A stretch of 64,000 nt of DNA from an uncultured cyanobacterium. Its GTDB lineage: Bacteria; Cyanobacteriota; Cyanobacteriia; PCC-9006; JAAUQQ01. The translations under genes were made by a program, and so were the position numbers. The stretch covers positions 1,760,001-1,824,000 of the forward strand of contig OY970368.1 in assembly GCA_963718615.1 (NCBI GenBank), written 5' to 3'. This document shows, piece after piece, positions 32,636 through 42,768 of this stretch. How positions within the stretch are numbered: position 1 is the first letter of the stretch; every line of letters starts with the position of its first letter. Below the pieces are notes generated by a model. That model was given only the letters and a program-made list of their open reading frames with translations, was not told the DNA's origin and did not search any database.

Positions 32636-35023
32636 TGCCTATCCCCAATCCCGCCGGGGGACGGGGTTACACTCCCCCCTCCGCACCTCGCAGCACCCCC
32701 AGCGGGTTTCCTTCCGGAGGCTCTAGCCCCGGCGGGGTTGGCGGCGGCAAGCCCTCCTGGACCCGCGACACCGGCAACTACAAGCGGACCCAGTCCGCAC
32801 AGAACTACAAGCCGACAAGGGGGGCGAGTGGGGGGAGTAGCGCGGGGCAGATTCGCCGCGCGCCGATCCAATCGCGAGCGCCGGGAACTCAGGCGGCCAA
32901 GCCGCCCGGCGGAACCTCTCCCGCTGCTCAGGCTAGGGGCGCTGCGGGCACCTCTCCCGCTGCCATGGCCAAGGGCGCGGGGGGAGCGGCTGCGCTTCCT
33001 GCTGTGGCGGGAGCGGCCAAAGCACCCAGCGCCTTAGGGGCTGCGGGGAGCCGCTTAGGCCCTGCGGGGATTGCTGCGGGTGTGGGATTGCTCGCAGGGG
33101 AGGGGTTGCGGCGTAGCTTGGTTGAGCAGGGTCGGGAGGGGTTTGCCTACCCGTCGAATACTGGCGCATTGTTGGCGAACCCGGCTCGGACCGCTGTTGA
33201 TGGGTTGAGGGGACTGGGGGAGAGCTATGGGGATTTGCTGAATGGAAAGGGGAGCGAGGCGATCGCCACCGGCACCCCACCCGGCTACACCGCGCCGGGA
33301 GCACCGCCATTTACCGGAGGGCAAAGCCCTGGAGTCACCTATCGGATTACGTTCCAGAATACCGGGCAGACGTCTGCGGGAGCGAGCACTAGCATTCAAA
33401 CCACGGCGAACGTACCGGGTCCTGTTTCGGGCCTATCCAAGAGAACCAACACCGATGGAAGTTGGGAGTACTGGCTAAAGTACGGCAGCAATCAAGAAAC
33501 AAGGGTTAGGACTTGGGCGAATTTTTTCGTTTCCGGTGTCACTACAATCGCCTCAATCGTCCGCTCAGACGGGGCACCCGACACAGGCGGCGACCCACTA
33601 GGTCCCCCCGAACCCATCGCCCCACCGGCCCCAGTGCGCCCACCCACTCGCCAACCCCGACGCCCACCCACCGAAGACCCAACCCAAGAATCCAACCCAA
33701 GATCCAACCCAAGCCCCACCCGCCACCGAACCACCGCGCCCCGTTGAGCCACGGCTACCCGGTGAACCCGCGCCCCCCTATCGCCCACCCGCGACCGAGC
33801 CACCGCCCACAGAACAGCCCCCCGCGACCGAGCCACCGCGCCCCGTGCTACCCGGCGATCCACTTGAGCTACCGCCTGGGACGGAGCGAGACCCAGAGCA
33901 GGACCCCAAAAACGACAAGCCGACACAGCCCAAGACCCCGCCAATCTTTCCGCCGGTTATTCGCCGCAATATCACGACGCGGAAGACCAACACCAACGGC
34001 GCGGGGCCTCCGACCGGCTCGCAAAATGCCCCACCGGCACCGCCACTGAAGGTGAACCAAACCTCGCCGCCAACGTGCCGAGGGTGCGGCGCTGTGACCA
34101 GCTCAAAGCTGGATCAGCTCGGAGCTGGGCAGGGGGTGATTATCAACAACATCGGAGCACCGACGGACATCAGTCCGTTAATCGCGCTCCACGGAATCAC
34201 TCACGCCACGCAGGCCACCATGCTCACTCGCCTAGGGGCACAGCTTCCCGGCGGGATTGGGGGAGTGCTTGGGTTACTGGATGAATTCTTGCGCAAGGCA
34301 TGGAAGGCAACGAGGCTCGATAAAGTACTCAACGCCTTAAACACCTTGTTGCTAGTTCATAACGCTGCACTCCTTAGCCGGTCGCTCTTTCAGACCTTTG
34401 GAGAAGTCGCGAGCCAAGCCTTAAACCTGTTTGGAATCAAGGATGAAGAGAACAACCCCATCGACATCAATGAAATCCTAGGGGGGCAAATCACCAACCT
34501 TGTTAAGGGCGTGCTAGGAGATGCCCTATATACCAACGTCACGACGACTTGGGCAAAGGGTAGCGCCATTCTCAGCAGCGCGAGCCAAATCGTCTGGACT
34601 ATCCGCAGCATCGGAGATTCAAGCCGTGAGATCGCCGAATGGACAGCGGAGAACACCGGCAAAATCGGCAACGCGCTCAAACAATGGCGTATTGTCGGCC
34701 CCAACGCCTACAAATGGATGCCTGAGCGGGTTTCCAGTCAGAACGCATGGCAACTAAAAGTACAGAGAGCTCGCGACCAGGTCGAGGCTCTGGAGGATGC
34801 AGCCAGTTCCCTCAGTTCTGTGCTGGGCGAGGCCCAATCGATCCAGGATGAGTTTAAAGAGTTGGATGACCAACAGAAGCGCTTTAAGGATGCCATGAAA
34901 GCCGCGACACCCAAGGATCGGGAGGATAACGACATCGTTAAACTGGCGGCGGCAGAGGCCAAGGACGCCAGCAAATCACCCGCACTAGACGCTTTCAGCC
35001 GTAAAAAGGGGGATGAGTTGTAA
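32635..35023 (+). pseudogene. Large Gly/Ala/Pro-rich + coiled-coil protein (~795 aa if joined), split by a single +1 frameshift near 33690
   Basis: An extra A sits in the middle copy of a 12-bp DPTQ repeat. Removing it joins ORFs 32635..33747 and 33845..35023 into one open frame with repeated PATEPP motifs. Confidence 0.75.
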
Positions 35024-35376
35024 TGGCACTTCCTGATAATTTCAGCCCGGTTGAGCACTTCCAGGACTCAATCGGTCGAATCTACAACAAAGAGGTTAAA
35101 GACTGGTTCTCGGACCTTGACCCAGACGAGCTGGGCATCGACACCCCGCGCAGTTCACTAAGGACAGCGTGCTGGCATCAGGAGAACGATTCCGTCATGG
35201 TGACGGTCGGGCGAATGCTGCTGTTTGATATGGTGGTCGCCCGCAAGGTTCAGGGCAGCGGTAGCGACATCTATCAAGTGTCAAGACATTTGCCTGTCGC
35301 GACAATTAGAAGGCGGGGAGCCCACTGAATTGGCAAAAGGAAATGAGAAGCGGCAATCTCAGGTCAAGACGACAAT

Positions 35377-36291
35377 CTAAGATCGCTTCTGGTGTGTCGA
35401 TGTTTGGGAGTCAGATTCAGAGGATTTTGCCGGGAGTGCCTTCAAGTTCTCAGAGCGCTGGTGAGCGGAGCGTTTACGAAAACTGTCCGCCTTGATTTCG
35501 AGAATGACCGCATGGTGAATGAGGCGGTCAACGGCGGCGACGGTCATCATGGAATCACCAAAGATGGAGTTCCACTCACTGAACGGCTGATTGGCAGTGA
35601 CCATGATGCTTTTGCGCTCATAGCGATAGGCAATGAGTTCAAAGAGAACGGAGGTTTCTGCCTCGGATTTTTGGACATAGCCGAGGTCATCAATGATCAC
35701 GAGGTCAAAGCGGTCGAGCTTTTTCAGGGCAGGCTGAAGCTGGAGATGAAGCTTTTCTTTTTGGAGATACTGCACCAGGGTGGTGGCACAGAAGAATTTG
35801 ACGCGCTTGCCCGCTTCCAGGGCGGCACGAGCGATGCCAGCGGCCAGATGGGTTTTGCCGACCCCAGAAGGTCCGAAGAAGAGACAGTTTTGGGCGTCAT
35901 CAATCCACTGGGGTTCAGTGGCGAGTTTTTGAATCGGGAGAGGGTTAACCAGGGGCAGGTGTGTCCAATCGAAATTGGAAACCGTTTTGGCGTTGGGCAG
36001 TTGAGCTTCGGTGATGGCTCTTTGGAGGCGCAAAGCCTTGCGGCGGTCTGTTTCGAGTTGGCACAGGGCCAAGAGAAATTGCGCGTAGGACCAGGTCTCT
36101 CGCATGGCTTGCTGCTCCAAGGTCTCCCAGTGGTTGAGCATATGGGATAAGCGCAGGTGCTTGAGCTGAGCGCTGAGGCTTTGGTAAGGGCTCAGCTCCG
36201 GTTGAGACGAGCTCTGGTTCTGCATCTGGGATGACGCTGCTGTGGGTGAACAGAAGGGCATCGTAGTCGTTGAGGTCATGTTGTTGGACAT
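35377..36291 (-). CDS. istB: IS21 helper ATPase IstB
   Basis: GPSGVGKTHLA, LVIIDDLGY, T.NQPFSEW, AAVDRLIHH; true start probably 36225 or 36261. Confidence 0.95.
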   Translation of the reverse strand: MSNNMTSTTTMPFCSPTAASSQMQNQSSSQPELSPYQSLSAQLKHLRLSHMLNHWETLEQQAMRETWSYAQFLLALCQLETDRRKALRLQRAITEAQLPNAKTVSNFDWTHLPLVNPLPIQKLATEPQWIDDAQNCLFFGPSGVGKTHLAAGIARAALEAGKRVKFFCATTLVQYLQKEKLHLQLQPALKKLDRFDLVIIDDLGYVQKSEAETSVLFELIAYRYERKSIMVTANQPFSEWNSIFGDSMMTVAAVDRLIHHAVILEIKADSFRKRSAHQRSENLKALPAKSSESDSQTSTHQKRS

Positions 36292-37735
36292 TCACGGTGG
36301 GGAATTCGAGTTTGGTGAGCAACTGAAAATGGAGTCTGAGCCTTGAGAGGGTGAGGGTTTTGGCCTCAATCTCTGGGAAGAGGTAGTCAGCGACCGCCGC
36401 TTCCTTGTTTTGGGTCGCCGCAATATAGAGGGCTTCGACCATGAGCACGGCGGCAGAATCAAGCTCAAAGCCAGCCTGGAGCTGTTTCCAGAGTTGGTGA
36501 TAGCGCTCATTGGGCAGGAGGTCCTCTCGCCAGGTGCTGTGGAGGAAGGCCAAGGGCTTTTTGCGCAACCCTTCGATGACATGGTGATAGTCCACCGAGC
36601 GGGCGCGCCGCTTGTCCTTGTCAGTAGAACGAATCCGTTTCAACCTGAACACTTCATGGCCTTCGAGGTAGCCCATCAGGCGGTTGTGGTGCAGATGCAC
36701 TTCCAGGGACCGGCCAATTAAGCGAGACGGCACGCTGTAGAGCATGCAGCGGATATCAATCGTGCTGTTGCTGCTCACCTTAGCGGTGAGGAGTTCGTAG
36801 TCCGCAGCCCGGTATTTGGGCAACGCCTGGAGATGCGCTTTCTCATGCTCATACTTATCCTGATGCTGGGCATTGAGCTTGGCCACACAGTCATTGAGCA
36901 GGTCTTGATAGTCGCTGACGCTAGCGAAGTCGGTGCTGCCGCGCAGGTACATCGCTTGGACAATGCGGTTCTTCAGATGACCGTGGGGGCCTTCAATAGA
37001 ACCGTTCTCGTGGGCGATTCCCCGGTTGTTTCGCGTCGGTTGCAACCGATAGTGCTCACACAGGTCGTCATACAAGCGCGTCAGCGGTTTGGTCTTCTTC
37101 CCACCCAGATTTCGATAGGCCGCACTCAGGCTATCGGTGCGATGCTGCTTTGGAGCCCCGCCGCAGGCAAACAGGGCATTCTGCAATCCTTCGGATAGGG
37201 CGACAAAGCTTTCACCCCCCTCGATTAACTCCGCGTAGGACCAGCCGCTGTAGCCCAAGCGGTAGTGATAAATCAAGTGCTCATAGGGCTTTCCATTTAT
37301 CGTCACCACCGTCCCTTTGAGTTCGGTGAAGTCGGAAAATCCTTGCACCCCCGGCTCGTGACGCAGCTCAAACATCACCTCGGGAGCTGGACCATACAGT
37401 GCTTTCCAGGTTCTCACTCGCCGCTGAAGCGTCCTGAGCACTTGCGGATATTGACCCGGATATTTGTCCTGCAAATGCTCAAATAACGTCGTCGGTTTCA
37501 GTCTTGGCTCAGCTCGCAGCATCGCCTCTAGTTCGGCTTCCCAAAGACCGTTGAGTGGATCTGGCCGGGTCCGCACCCCGGTGCCCTCTCCACTCCCCTG
37601 CTGCCACTCGTTGGCATCCATTCGTTGCGCGGTTCGCACCGAAAATTCCGCCACCGCTGCCGCATCTTGCTGCGACAGGCCATGCTCCTTTGCATTCATG
37701 TACACTCGCTGTTGATACATTATTACTCTCGACAC
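35945..37735 (-). CDS. istA: IS21 transposase IstA
   Basis: HTH, LRTLQRRV, SDFT, HRTDSLSAA, HENGSIE, YSVPSRLIG. Confidence 0.95.
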   Translation of the reverse strand: MSRVIMYQQRVYMNAKEHGLSQQDAAAVAEFSVRTAQRMDANEWQQGSGEGTGVRTRPDPLNGLWEAELEAMLRAEPRLKPTTLFEHLQDKYPGQYPQVLRTLQRRVRTWKALYGPAPEVMFELRHEPGVQGFSDFTELKGTVVTINGKPYEHLIYHYRLGYSGWSYAELIEGGESFVALSEGLQNALFACGGAPKQHRTDSLSAAYRNLGGKKTKPLTRLYDDLCEHYRLQPTRNNRGIAHENGSIEGPHGHLKNRIVQAMYLRGSTDFASVSDYQDLLNDCVAKLNAQHQDKYEHEKAHLQALPKYRAADYELLTAKVSSNSTIDIRCMLYSVPSRLIGRSLEVHLHHNRLMGYLEGHEVFRLKRIRSTDKDKRRARSVDYHHVIEGLRKKPLAFLHSTWREDLLPNERYHQLWKQLQAGFELDSAAVLMVEALYIAATQNKEAAVADYLFPEIEAKTLTLSRLRLHFQLLTKLEFPTVNVQQHDLNDYDALLFTHSSVIPDAEPELVSTGAEPLPKPQRSAQAPALIPYAQPLGDLGAASHARDLVLRAISLGPVPTRNRPPQGFAPPKSHHRSSTAQRQNGFQFRLDTPAPG

Positions 37736-38586
37736 TCGTTAGAGTCCTTTCTTTCCAGGGGGACCCTATGAGTGTCTTTTTTTGTCGATCGCCACGCCAG
37801 TGAGCTGTCAAAGTCTCACGTCTGTCTCACGATCCAAGCCACGCTTTCGCGACAACTCCCGCCAGGAAATGTCGAGCAGCCGCCAATGCTATTGTCGTCT
37901 AACAGACATCGAAACCTCTCCCCCCTACCAGGTGAACCGACGGCATAAACCGCAGGTCACCCTGTTCTTCCTAGAAGATGCAGACCGGATTGAGCCCGGT
38001 TACCGTCAGGTTGAAGGGCGGATCAGCTTCCGCATCATGGACGAAACCGTGGAAACCATGACCCAAGCGAAAGCCACCCAGCTTGCCAACCGGGTGAAGA
38101 CCGCCATGGGGACCGGCGGCGGATTTGTCTGGAAGAAGGGCAAAGCCATGGCGACCTATGCCGACTGGGACAAGGGGTATCAACTCCAATTGTTCACCCC
38201 CAACAAGGTCGAGGCTAAGCGGCTGATTGAGCAGATTCTTGACATTCAGCAGCACACGCCGAACTGGAACTACCTCAATTACGAAGAAAACGACGACCCT
38301 AACGACGCTTACCCGACAATCCCGCCGACCCAAATCATCTTGGGCAAGTCGAGGCGGCTGGCGCGGCGACGGCCACGGGCTGACGTGAGGTTTCAGTATG
38401 CGGTTTTGACCCTCGCGGGTCTGCCGAATCCCATCGCTTTGTACGATCGCAGCGGGCGTTACCCTGACCCACTGGTCCTTTGAGTCGTTTGGATAATCTC
38501 GGAACGGTTTAACCCTTCCGAAAATCGAATATGCACTGATACGAGGCCAGAGTAGATGCAAAGTTTTTCGACGGATCTGAAGAATC

Positions 38587-39180
38587 ATGGCTAAACGCCG
38601 ACCTTACTCGCTAGTCCTGATTGGTGCTCGCAAAGAGTCCGCTCGGACCAAATATCTACAGTTTTTGGCTGGTGCAGCCGATCGCCCCAGCCGCATTGGC
38701 TCCCAAGGCGCTCGCCCGGAGCGCGTGAGCTTGGCCGTGCAACCTTTTGCCTTTTCGCTGCCTGAAAATATTCTTGCTCAAGGCTCCGCTCTTCTGCCTG
38801 CCGTTGTTTCCCTACAGGGGATCGCAGCAGTCAGCGAGCGCGTCAAATTGGGCGTCAAGACCGGCGCTCCGGCTACCTCAACCCCGACGGGTGTCAGCCT
38901 GACCCGGATTGCTGACACAGATGAGCTACTTGGCATCAAGAACTTCAGCCCAGCTCGCATCATTCGCCGGGTTTACCAAACCAAAACGGCAACTAAGAAA
39001 AACTCTGAAATCACTGGCCTTGCCTACGGCTACCGTAAGTCAACCTCGGTCTCTGTTCCTTTTGGGAAAAAGAACGCGACGGACACGATTACGGATGCCT
39101 TCAAGGCCGTCAGCGATGCGATCGAAGGTGCAGACGGAAACGGCCTAACTCAGGTCTTTCTGAAAGAAGAGGATGTCTAA
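38587..39180 (+). CDS. Basic hypothetical protein, paralog A (candidate virion protein)
   Basis: K/R-rich; clear full-length paralog of the next gene. Confidence 0.75.
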   Translation: MAKRRPYSLVLIGARKESARTKYLQFLAGAADRPSRIGSQGARPERVSLAVQPFAFSLPENILAQGSALLPAVVSLQGIAAVSERVKLGVKTGAPATSTPTGVSLTRIADTDELLGIKNFSPARIIRRVYQTKTATKKNSEITGLAYGYRKSTSVSVPFGKKNATDTITDAFKAVSDAIEGADGNGLTQVFLKEEDV

Positions 39181-39183
39181 GCT

Positions 39184-39765
39184 ATGGCTAAACGCAACCC
39201 TTACTCTCTGGTATTGATTGGGGCGCGGAAAGCTTCGGCTCGGACCAAGTACCTTGAGTTCCTGTCTGGCAGAGCCGACCGGCCTAGCCGGATTGGAACA
39301 AAGGGGCCTCGCTCACAAAGGTACCCGCTAGCTCTCCGCCCCTTTGCGGGAATTGTCCCAAATACTGTACTAGTGGCCACATCCGCATCGAAAGAGGCAG
39401 TTTTGGCCCTACAGGGATTCATTTCTATCCAAGGGCGAGTTGTTTATCGCTACTCTCCCTTGCCTGCGGAGATTCAGCTCACTTTCCCAGGCGCGGGACT
39501 AGACTTTTTAGAAATCAAGGGGTTTAGCCCAGCGCGGATCATTCGCAAGGTCTATCAAACTCGGACAGCTACGGTCAAAAAGTCGGAGACGACCGGCCTA
39601 ACCTATGGCTATAAAGCCTCGTCTACGCTTTCAATCCCAATCGGAAGAAAGAACGCGACTGATTCGCTCGTTGACGCCTTGAGCGCAGCGGGTGGAGCAA
39701 TTAGGGGGGCTGATGGTAGCGGGCTGACCAAAGTCTTCTTGAAAGAAGAGGAGATTCCCGCGTGA
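39184..39765 (+). CDS. Basic hypothetical protein, paralog B
   Basis: Shares MAKR.PYSLVLIGARK.SARTKYL, FSPARIIR.VYQT and GLT.VFLKEE with paralog A. Confidence 0.75.
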   Translation: MAKRNPYSLVLIGARKASARTKYLEFLSGRADRPSRIGTKGPRSQRYPLALRPFAGIVPNTVLVATSASKEAVLALQGFISIQGRVVYRYSPLPAEIQLTFPGAGLDFLEIKGFSPARIIRKVYQTRTATVKKSETTGLTYGYKASSTLSIPIGRKNATDSLVDALSAAGGAIRGADGSGLTKVFLKEEEIPA

Positions 39766-40058
39766 TTCATTGGATAGACCCCATTTTGCCCGAGGTTTTT
39801 CTAACCCCGGATCACAATCAGGCCGACACGGCCCAGGCGACCTTAGAAGCCCTTGAGCGGCAACGCATGGTTAAGGGCTTCTTCGAGGGGAGTATTGATG
39901 GGGACGTGGTTGATGATTGCCTCGCTGAACATGGGATTAATCCCCATGCTTTTTGGGTGCAGGCAGAAGAAAATATTGAGGAGTTCATTCTGATGGACCC
40001 TCAGGAAATTGAAGGTCTAGACCGGCTTTTGAGACATGGCCCTTACTTGGGATCCTGA
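39762..40058 (+). CDS. Acidic hypothetical protein
   Basis: Translationally coupled (gtga overlap). Confidence 0.6.
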   Translation: MIHWIDPILPEVFLTPDHNQADTAQATLEALERQRMVKGFFEGSIDGDVVDDCLAEHGINPHAFWVQAEENIEEFILMDPQEIEGLDRLLRHGPYLGS

Positions 40059-40518
40059 AAATAGTTCCAACTGGGAACTGACCTATTCGGATCAACGGTT
40101 TGAGGAGCAGAGGGAGGGATATCTCCCAAGGCGAAAGCGCATTCAGCCCTTCGTCATCCCAGTGCTTATCTCCTCACCGTTGATTGCGATTTGGACAGAC
40201 TCAGACGGTAAAAACGACACTTGGAACCTTGCGGGCTGGGTCCGGGGTGCCATTGCCGTACCCAGCTTAATCAATGACATCAAGCTGCTCAACGGCCCGA
40301 GTCAGGCGCTGCAATTGAGGGAGGCGACGCGGTTTGACTTTACGGCCAATCCGGCCAGTAGTTACCAACTGCGTATCTTCCCCCAAAGATACCTGCCAGA
40401 TCTCCGCATCAAGGTCTACGAATACCGTGGTCCTATCGGTGACAGCACCGAAGAATTGATCACAGTAACTAGAGTTGACCTTGCAAGAATCGAAACCAGA
40501 ATCAATGCCCTACTCTGA
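40036..40518 (+). CDS. Hypothetical protein, beta-rich with C-terminal coiled-coil (candidate structural)
   Basis: Coupled within the operon. Confidence 0.65.
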   Translation: MALTWDPENSSNWELTYSDQRFEEQREGYLPRRKRIQPFVIPVLISSPLIAIWTDSDGKNDTWNLAGWVRGAIAVPSLINDIKLLNGPSQALQLREATRFDFTANPASSYQLRIFPQRYLPDLRIKVYEYRGPIGDSTEELITVTRVDLARIETRINALL

Positions 40519-41716
40519 TGGCCTCACCCACGCTCGACGCGTTGATTTCAGCGCTCGGCTGTTCCCGGATACGACCAGCAAAACGCTGTATCGACCGGGC
40601 GATATTGACAATTTCTCCCTCCTGACTGGCTATCGCTACTCGGGCCAGGTGCTACAGCTTCAGATTTTTAGCAATCGCTTTTTGCGGCTGCGGTTTTGGA
40701 TTCAGACCACCTTAGGCGAGCGACTTTATTTCGGCCCAGAGCAGCCCGTAAATCGCGATCAGTTCCTGCTCAAGGAACACATCGCAGCGGGTCTATTCTT
40801 GGGCGGCGGGGCTTCGTTGGGGGTCGATATACCTGCGGGGCAAATCTTAGTTGAGGATCAAATCTCAATCCTGGGATTCGCTGAGGAGCGGGGTAACACT
40901 CGACCGCTTCGCACCGTTGAGGGCGGCATCGCCTGGGGGGATATTGGCGGAGACCTGGGAAACCAGGGGGACATCGCTGATGCGCTGACCGCTCAGGCGG
41001 AGAACTTCGCCAGCGAGCTGGCGGCGATCGACATCGCCCAAGAGGCCCAGGACAATCTGATTGCAGATCTACAGCAGGCCCAAACGACCCAAGAGACGCA
41101 ATTCTCTGGGGATATTGAGACGCTGCAAGGCGACGTGATCCAGCTTCAGACAAGTGTTGGGAACATCCAGAGTCAGCCGGGAGGAGTGAGCGAGTTTCAC
41201 TATTACGGGCCGACCTTGCCCAGCGCCCCCACCGAGGGAGAGACCTGGAGGGAAACGACGGAGGCGGGGCTGTGGGTTGGAGATTGGGAATGGGTTTCGA
41301 GTTTGTCCAAGTGGATTGACAGATACCCCGTCTACTCGGACATGGCACAAAACATATGGGCTGCATCCGGAATCGCCTCGCTCACCAATTACGCATGGCT
41401 TCGACCTTCTCCAAACGCAGCAGTCCGGGGGGTCTTTCAGTTCCTAAGCCCGGATGACTCAAACCGCTACCACGTCATCAATGTTCAATGGGCGAGGCTG
41501 ACGGGAGGAAGTAGCAGCTACGAAGGAAGCGCGGTAAACGTGAACACCAAAGACATAGCTAGGCCATTGGGAAGCAACGAGGCGGCGATTTATGAAACGG
41601 AATGGAGATCGCTTGCCTACCCATGGCATGTGAGGTTTCAGATCACTGGGGTTGGATCACCGCTGCCCGCTATCTACGGCAGACTCTTGGCTGAACAACG
41701 AAATATACGGGGGTAA
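40505..41716 (+). CDS. Putative fibre/spike (receptor-binding) protein
   Basis: WGDIGGDLGNQGDIADAL motif of the kind seen in phage fibre proteins, heptad stalk, PSAPTEGETW linker, aromatic beta-rich C-terminus. Confidence 0.55.
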   Translation: MPYSDGLTHARRVDFSARLFPDTTSKTLYRPGDIDNFSLLTGYRYSGQVLQLQIFSNRFLRLRFWIQTTLGERLYFGPEQPVNRDQFLLKEHIAAGLFLGGGASLGVDIPAGQILVEDQISILGFAEERGNTRPLRTVEGGIAWGDIGGDLGNQGDIADALTAQAENFASELAAIDIAQEAQDNLIADLQQAQTTQETQFSGDIETLQGDVIQLQTSVGNIQSQPGGVSEFHYYGPTLPSAPTEGETWRETTEAGLWVGDWEWVSSLSKWIDRYPVYSDMAQNIWAASGIASLTNYAWLRPSPNAAVRGVFQFLSPDDSNRYHVINVQWARLTGGSSSYEGSAVNVNTKDIARPLGSNEAAIYETEWRSLAYPWHVRFQITGVGSPLPAIYGRLLAEQRNIRG

Positions 41717-41988
41717 TGATGAACTATTTCCGATTGATGGGGCTGATTGCCCAGCTCGCACAGATTGCAGAATCGACCGGCGGCCAAGTGCCCAAGGGCG
41801 ATGCGGGGCTGTATTTCCTTTGCCGCGCCTTCTGCGAGCGGTTGGAGGAGCGCAACCCCGGCATTGCTGAGGCGGCGGGGTTTGATTATGAGGTGCTGAC
41901 CTATCGAAATTTGGTGCCGAGGCCCCCCGCGACCTTTGCCCAGGTTCCGACGGCGGGACTATTGCGGGAGGATGACCCATGGAGTTAG
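41716..41988 (+). CDS. Hypothetical protein
   Basis: Coupled ORF with RBS gggg. Confidence 0.55.
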   Translation: MMNYFRLMGLIAQLAQIAESTGGQVPKGDAGLYFLCRAFCERLEERNPGIAEAAGFDYEVLTYRNLVPRPPATFAQVPTAGLLREDDPWS

Positions 41989-42188
41989 CGATCGCCCTCG
42001 CGGGTTTCATGGCCACATCAGCAGCGACCATCCTCAAGATCAACAATCATCTGGATAAGCGCTTTGATTTCCTTGAGCGGCGCATGGAAATCTTGAGCAC
42101 TTCCGTCGAGGGCAATCAGCGGCTAGTGGATCATCGGCTTGAGGTGCTGGAAGACCAACGATTTACGGTAAACGGGAAAGGACGATGA
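41979..42188 (+). CDS. Small single-TM coiled-coil protein, holin-like
   Basis: N-terminal hydrophobic helix plus coiled-coil, directly before the amidase. Confidence 0.5.
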   Translation: MELAIALAGFMATSAATILKINNHLDKRFDFLERRMEILSTSVEGNQRLVDHRLEVLEDQRFTVNGKGR

Positions 42189-42748
42189 GAACGGTAGTGA
42201 TTGACCCAGGACACGGCGGATTTGACCCTGGAGCCGTGGCCAATGGGTTGCTTGAAAAGGATGTAGCGCTAGACATTGCAAGGCGGGTGCAGCGGCTAAC
42301 GCAGCGGCGAAACCTAGACTGCATCTTGACCCGTGACAGTGACCCAGCGCCGGGAACCGAGTTAAGCCTGGAGCGGCGCTGCGAGATTTCCAACGCGGCG
42401 CGAGCGGATTGTTTCGTTAGCATCCACTGCAATGCGGCGTCGAATCCCAACGCCTATGGCAGTGAGACGTTTTTTTGCAGGGGTAGCTATGGCGGCGCGG
42501 CGCTGGCCCGGTCGATTCAGGGGCAGTTTAATCAAAAGGTGCGAGAAATCCCTGAGCGCCGGGTGAGTGGTGCGGGGTTCTATGTCCTGAAATACACCGA
42601 TGCCCCGGCGGCGCTGGTGGAATGTGGATTTTTAACCAACACCGACGACGCCACGCTGCTGAAGAAAGAGGCGGTGAGACAGGCGATCGCCCAGGGAATC
42701 TCTGATGGCATCTTGGAATGGTTAAACGCGGGGGAAGCGGCGGCATAA
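42185..42748 (+). CDS. N-acetylmuramoyl-L-alanine amidase (Amidase_3), putative endolysin
   Basis: IDPGHGG.DPGA, EK, FVSIHCNA, PAALVECGFLTN; no signal peptide. Confidence 0.93.
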   Translation: MRTVVIDPGHGGFDPGAVANGLLEKDVALDIARRVQRLTQRRNLDCILTRDSDPAPGTELSLERRCEISNAARADCFVSIHCNAASNPNAYGSETFFCRGSYGGAALARSIQGQFNQKVREIPERRVSGAGFYVLKYTDAPAALVECGFLTNTDDATLLKKEAVRQAIAQGISDGILEWLNAGEAAA

Positions 42749-42768
42749 CTTCACCCTAATTCACCCTG

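Larger units (their letters stand above)
35272..37904 (-). mobile_element. IS21-family insertion sequence (2633 bp) with 6-bp target duplication GACATC
   Basis: istA + istB; GACATC at 35266-35271 and 37905-37910; imperfect terminal inverted repeats with internal cgaca/tgtcg boxes. Confidence 0.92.
35023..38483 (+). pseudogene. Hypothetical protein (~273 aa) interrupted by IS21
   Basis: Removing 35272-37910 restores an in-frame junction ...GSGSDI/ETSPPYQ... Confidence 0.85.

Noticed and set aside
37782-37904. N-terminus of the 233-aa ORF 37782..38483
   Set aside because: It is derived from the IS21 end; the real N-terminus is 35023-35271.
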